A stretch of DNA of 64,000 nt, from contig OZ241744.1 in assembly GCA_965200965.1 (NCBI GenBank), positions 1,760,001 to 1,824,000 on the forward strand, given 5' to 3'. The DNA is from an uncultured Candidatus Binatia bacterium. GTDB lineage: Bacteria > Desulfobacterota > Binatia > Bin18. Shown piece by piece: positions 60,887 to 64,000 of this stretch. The notes below the pieces were generated by a model, which was not told the origin of the DNA, did no database searches, and was given only the letters and a program-made list of their open reading frames with translations. Made by a program: the position numbers and the translations under genes. The first letter of the stretch is position 1; every line of letters begins with the position of its first letter.

Positions 60887-61660
60887 ATGAAGGACCCTTT
60901 CATTCTTGCCGGCAGAGAGTACCAGTCACGCCTTATTGTGGGGACGGGCAAGTATAAAGATTTCACCGAGACCAGGCGGGCCGTTGAAGCCTCGGGGGCT
61001 GAGATTGTCACCGTGGCCGTGCGACGGGTGAATATCACCGACCCCAACAGGGAGAATCTGCTTGACTACATTGACCCGCACACCTATACCATCCTGCCCA
61101 ATACCGCCGGCTGCTCCACGGCTGAGGACGCGATTCGGACCTGCCGGCTGGCGCGTGAGGCCGGGGTTGGCAATATGGTCAAGCTGGAGGTCATCGGCGA
61201 CGACAAAACCCTGTTCCCCGATATTCCGGCCACGCTGGAAGCGGCCCAGGTGCTGGTGAACGAGGGCTTTGTCGTCCTGCCGTATATTCACGACGACCCG
61301 GTCTCGTGCAAAAAACTCGAAGACATGGGCTGTGCCGCGGTCATGCCGCTGGCCGCCCCGATTGGTTCCGGTCTGGGTATCCGCAATCCATACAATATTC
61401 AGATTATTCGTGAACACAGCGCGGTGCCGGTGGTGGTTGATGCCGGGGTTGGGACCGCCTCGGATGCCGCGGTCGCCCTTGAAATGGGCTGTGACGCGGT
61501 GCTGATGAACACGGCGATTGCTGCGGCCCAAGACCCCATCCTGATGGCCGAAGCGATGAAGCTGGGTATCGAGGCCGGGCGCAAAGCCTTCTTGGCCGGG
61601 CGTATGCCCAGGAAACTGTACGCCACAGCCTCAAGCCCCGTCCAGGGGCTGCTCGGATAA
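60887..61660 (+). CDS. thiG: Thiazole synthase
   Basis: [24 protein letters not shown] and [12 protein letters not shown]. Confidence 0.97.
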   Translation: MKDPFILAGREYQSRLIVGTGKYKDFTETRRAVEASGAEIVTVAVRRVNITDPNRENLLDYIDPHTYTILPNTAGCSTAEDAIRTCRLAREAGVGNMVKLEVIGDDKTLFPDIPATLEAAQVLVNEGFVVLPYIHDDPVSCKKLEDMGCAAVMPLAAPIGSGLGIRNPYNIQIIREHSAVPVVVDAGVGTASDAAVALEMGCDAVLMNTAIAAAQDPILMAEAMKLGIEAGRKAFLAGRMPRKLYATASSPVQGLLG

Positions 61661-61661
61661 A

Positions 61662-62291
61662 TTGATCGACTTCCGCCTGTACTTTGTCACCGACCGCCAC
61701 CAGACGGCCGGCCGGCCCTTGCCCGATGTCGTCCGGGCCGCCTTGGACGGCGGCGTGCGTGCCGTGCAGCTGCGCGAGAAAGACCTGGAGGCCGGGGAGT
61801 TGTATCGGCTGGCCGCCCGGCTGCGCGAGCTCACCGCTCGCTACGCGGCTCGCCTGCTGATTAACGATCGACTCGACGTGGCCCTTGCCGTTGAGGCCGA
61901 CGGTGTCCACCTTGGACAGATGTCTTTTCCGGTCCGGGCCGCCCGCCAGTTGCTCGGCCCGGACACACTCATCGGCGTCTCCACCCATACACCGGCCGAA
62001 ATCGTGGCCGCGGAAGGAGCGGATTTTGTGATCTTTGGACCGGTGTATTTCACCCCCTCCAAGGCGACCTACGGCAAGCCGCAAGGGCTTGAACGTTTAC
62101 GCCAGGCGGTCCGCTCCAGCCCGGTGCCGGTCTTCGCCATTGGCGGCATACACACCGGCCGCATCGCCGCGGTCCGGGCGGCCGGCGCACGCGGCATCGC
62201 CCTCATCTCGGCCTTGAGCGGCGCGCCCGATCCACGCCGGACGGCCCAAGCCCTGTTAGCCCAACTCGACCCGCCAGACAGGGCCGATTGA
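61662..62291 (+). CDS. thiE: Thiamine-phosphate synthase
   Basis: VQLREKD, INDRLD, GVHLGQ and AIGGI. Confidence 0.9.
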   Translation: MIDFRLYFVTDRHQTAGRPLPDVVRAALDGGVRAVQLREKDLEAGELYRLAARLRELTARYAARLLINDRLDVALAVEADGVHLGQMSFPVRAARQLLGPDTLIGVSTHTPAEIVAAEGADFVIFGPVYFTPSKATYGKPQGLERLRQAVRSSPVPVFAIGGIHTGRIAAVRAAGARGIALISALSGAPDPRRTAQALLAQLDPPDRAD

Positions 62292-62343
62292 CATTCTGTC
62301 AGCCGTCCTCTATCCCTCTTCCTCTATATCCACTCTCCTCTCT

Positions 62344-62416
62344 GCCACCCTAGCTCAGCTGGTAGAGCAGCTGATTCGTAATCAGCAGGTCGTCGGTTCA
62401 AGTCCGATGGGTGGCT
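62344..62416 (+). tRNA. tRNA-Thr(CGT)
   Basis: Acceptor stem GCCACCC/GGGTGGC, D arm AGCTCAGCTGGTAGAGC, anticodon arm GCTGA-TTCGTAA-TCAGC, T loop GGTTCAAGTCC. CCA is not encoded. Confidence 0.96.
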
Positions 62417-62516
62417 CTTGCCACGCCCCCTGAGTGCTCAGGGGGCGGCTATGTGGCTGCACGGCGACGATTCAGGCAGGCATCGCGTGGAAAACCGCCC
62501 CTGACCGAGCTTGAAC

Positions 62517-64000
62517 ATGGGCCTGGAGACGCTTGATATCTGCATTCTGGCCGCTTTCCTGGTGTATGCCATCAGCGCGGGTCTGCGGTCCCGGCGTCTG
62601 GCCTCAAAGAATCTGGAAGAGTACTTTTTGGCCGGTCGGCGGCTGAGCGGTTGGCAGGCCGGCATCAGCATGGCGGCGACGCAGTTCGCCGCGGACACAC
62701 CCCTGTTATGCACCGGCCTGCTGGCGGTGTCCGGCATTTTTTCGCTGTGGTGGCTGTGGTCCTACGCCCTGTCCTTTCTGTTGGTCGGCTTTGTCCTGGC
62801 CCCGGCCTGGCGGCGGGCTGGCATACTGACCGATGCCGAGTTGACTGAACGGCGCTACGCCCAGCCGAGCGCCCTGCTGCTGCGCGGGGTGAAGGCAGTC
62901 TATTTTGGCACGATTTTCAACTGCACGGTGCTGGCTATCGTCCTCCTGGCCACAACGCGCATTGCCGAGCCTTTTCTGGTCTGGCATCGCTGGCTTGGCC
63001 CGGACCTGTACGAGCCCGTGTTGTCCGCGGTGCAGTGGCTCAATATCCCCCTGACCACCCTCACCGACAGCAGCCCGGAGGTGTGGATTCGCTCGACCAA
63101 CAACCTGGTGTCCATCGCGCTGATTGTGCTGGTCACCGTTTTCTACTCAACAACCGGCGGCCTGCGCAGCGTGGTGGCAACCGATGTGTTGCAATTTGGC
63201 GTAGCCATGCTGGCCACGGCCGTCTATGCCGGCTGTATCCTGGCCGAGGTCGGCGGGCTCAACGGCCTGGCCGAACGGCTGTCTGCCGTCTACACCGGCC
63301 AGTCCGATCCTGGCGAAATCCGGGCCAGCCAGCTCCTGGCTTTTATCCCGTCTCAGGCCAAAGACGTTTCGGGCGCGTTTCTGGCCGTGCTGACCCTCCA
63401 ATGGCTGCTGCAAATGAACGCGGACGGCACAGGCTACCTGGCCCAGCGGAGCATGGCCTGTCGGAGCGATCTTGATGCCAAACGGGCCAGCGTGGTGTTC
63501 ACCCTGTCCCAGGTCCTTGTTCGGAGCCTGTTATGGATTACCATCGGCTTGGGTCTGCTCGTGTTACTGCCGCCCGAGCCGAACTTGACCGGCGGCGCTC
63601 TTACTGCCGACCGGGAGGCGTCCTTTGTGCGTGGGATTGCCGAACTCCTGCCCTCCGGCCTCAAAGGGCTGATGTTGGTGGGCTTACTGGCCGCCCTGGC
63701 CTCAACGGTTGACAGCCATCTGAACTGGGGCGCGTCGTACTGGAGCAACGACATCTACCGCCGCCTGGTGTGCCAGTGGTGGCTGGGCCGTGAGCCGAGC
63801 GACCGGTCGCTGGTCTGGGTGGCGCGTGGGGCGAATATCGGGATTCTGCTCATTGCTCTGATCATCATGCTTCAGCTGTCTTCGATTCAAACGGCCTGGA
63901 AAATCAGCCTCCTGTTTGGGGCCGGCATGGGCGTCATGCTGGTCCTCCGCTGGGTGTGGTGGCGGATTACCGCGGTCGGAGAACTCACCACCATAGGCGT
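62517..64000 (+). CDS. Sodium:solute symporter family protein (3'-truncated by the window edge)
   Basis: Manual translation MGLETLD..EEYFLAGRRLSGWQAGISMAATQFAADTPL; later GGLRSVVATD and GYLAQR. Not in the ORF track because it has no stop in the window. Confidence 0.9.
   Translation, partial: MGLETLDICILAAFLVYAISAGLRSRRLASKNLEEYFLAGRRLSGWQAGISMAATQFAADTPLLCTGLLAVSGIFSLWWLWSYALSFLLVGFVLAPAWRRAGILTDAELTERRYAQPSALLLRGVKAVYFGTIFNCTVLAIVLLATTRIAEPFLVWHRWLGPDLYEPVLSAVQWLNIPLTTLTDSSPEVWIRSTNNLVSIALIVLVTVFYSTTGGLRSVVATDVLQFGVAMLATAVYAGCILAEVGGLNGLAERLSAVYTGQSDPGEIRASQLLAFIPSQAKDVSGAFLAVLTLQWLLQMNADGTGYLAQRSMACRSDLDAKRASVVFTLSQVLVRSLLWITIGLGLLVLLPPEPNLTGGALTADREASFVRGIAELLPSGLKGLMLVGLLAALASTVDSHLNWGASYWSNDIYRRLVCQWWLGREPSDRSLVWVARGANIGILLIALIIMLQLSSIQTAWKISLLFGAGMGVMLVLRWVWWRITAVGELTTIG

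Noticed and set aside
62344-62516. tRNA-Thr as an integration site
   Set aside because: No integrase nearby, and I saw no duplicated tRNA 3' end in the window.

Overview
High-GC bacterial chromosomal segment. Gene content (DUF1302/DUF1329/RND clusters, RRM proteins, CxxxY-type CcmE, a repeated 'GVLENP..FGLLFNWNLLGDG' domain) suggests, by inference only, a deltaproteobacteria-like lineage such as Ca. Binatia. Most of it is housekeeping: a dpp/opp ABC operon, the ffh-rpsP-khpA-rimM-trmD-rplS cluster, ccm genes, pgm-pdxA-surA-mfd, aroQ-accBC, a Gld-like ABC system, purHD, thiSGE, tRNA-Thr(CGT) and a Na+/solute symporter. Accessory parts are (i) a large beta-helix repeat protein at the left edge; (ii) a mosaic island at about 8.8-12.7 kb with a TcmP/DUF5131 pair, two copies of a membrane-anchored 11-aa-repeat gene, a hidden frameshifted second DUF5131 and a truncated Panacea antitoxin; (iii) a lone Hrq1/MrfA-like helicase; and (iv) a DUF1329x2-AOR-MobA/MoaD-RND // YCF48-RND-DUF1302 cluster. 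The most unusual signal is a family of about 35-50 bp dispersed hairpins (5 clear copies, up to 3 degenerate). They share a 17-nt head, consensus WCMGNYC-GNRA-GGAAGR, on variable stems whose G-T wobbles all fall on the motif strand. They sit at gene ends, supply stop codons, and one is inserted in frame inside an ABC ATPase. All calls come from reading motifs; no searches were run.
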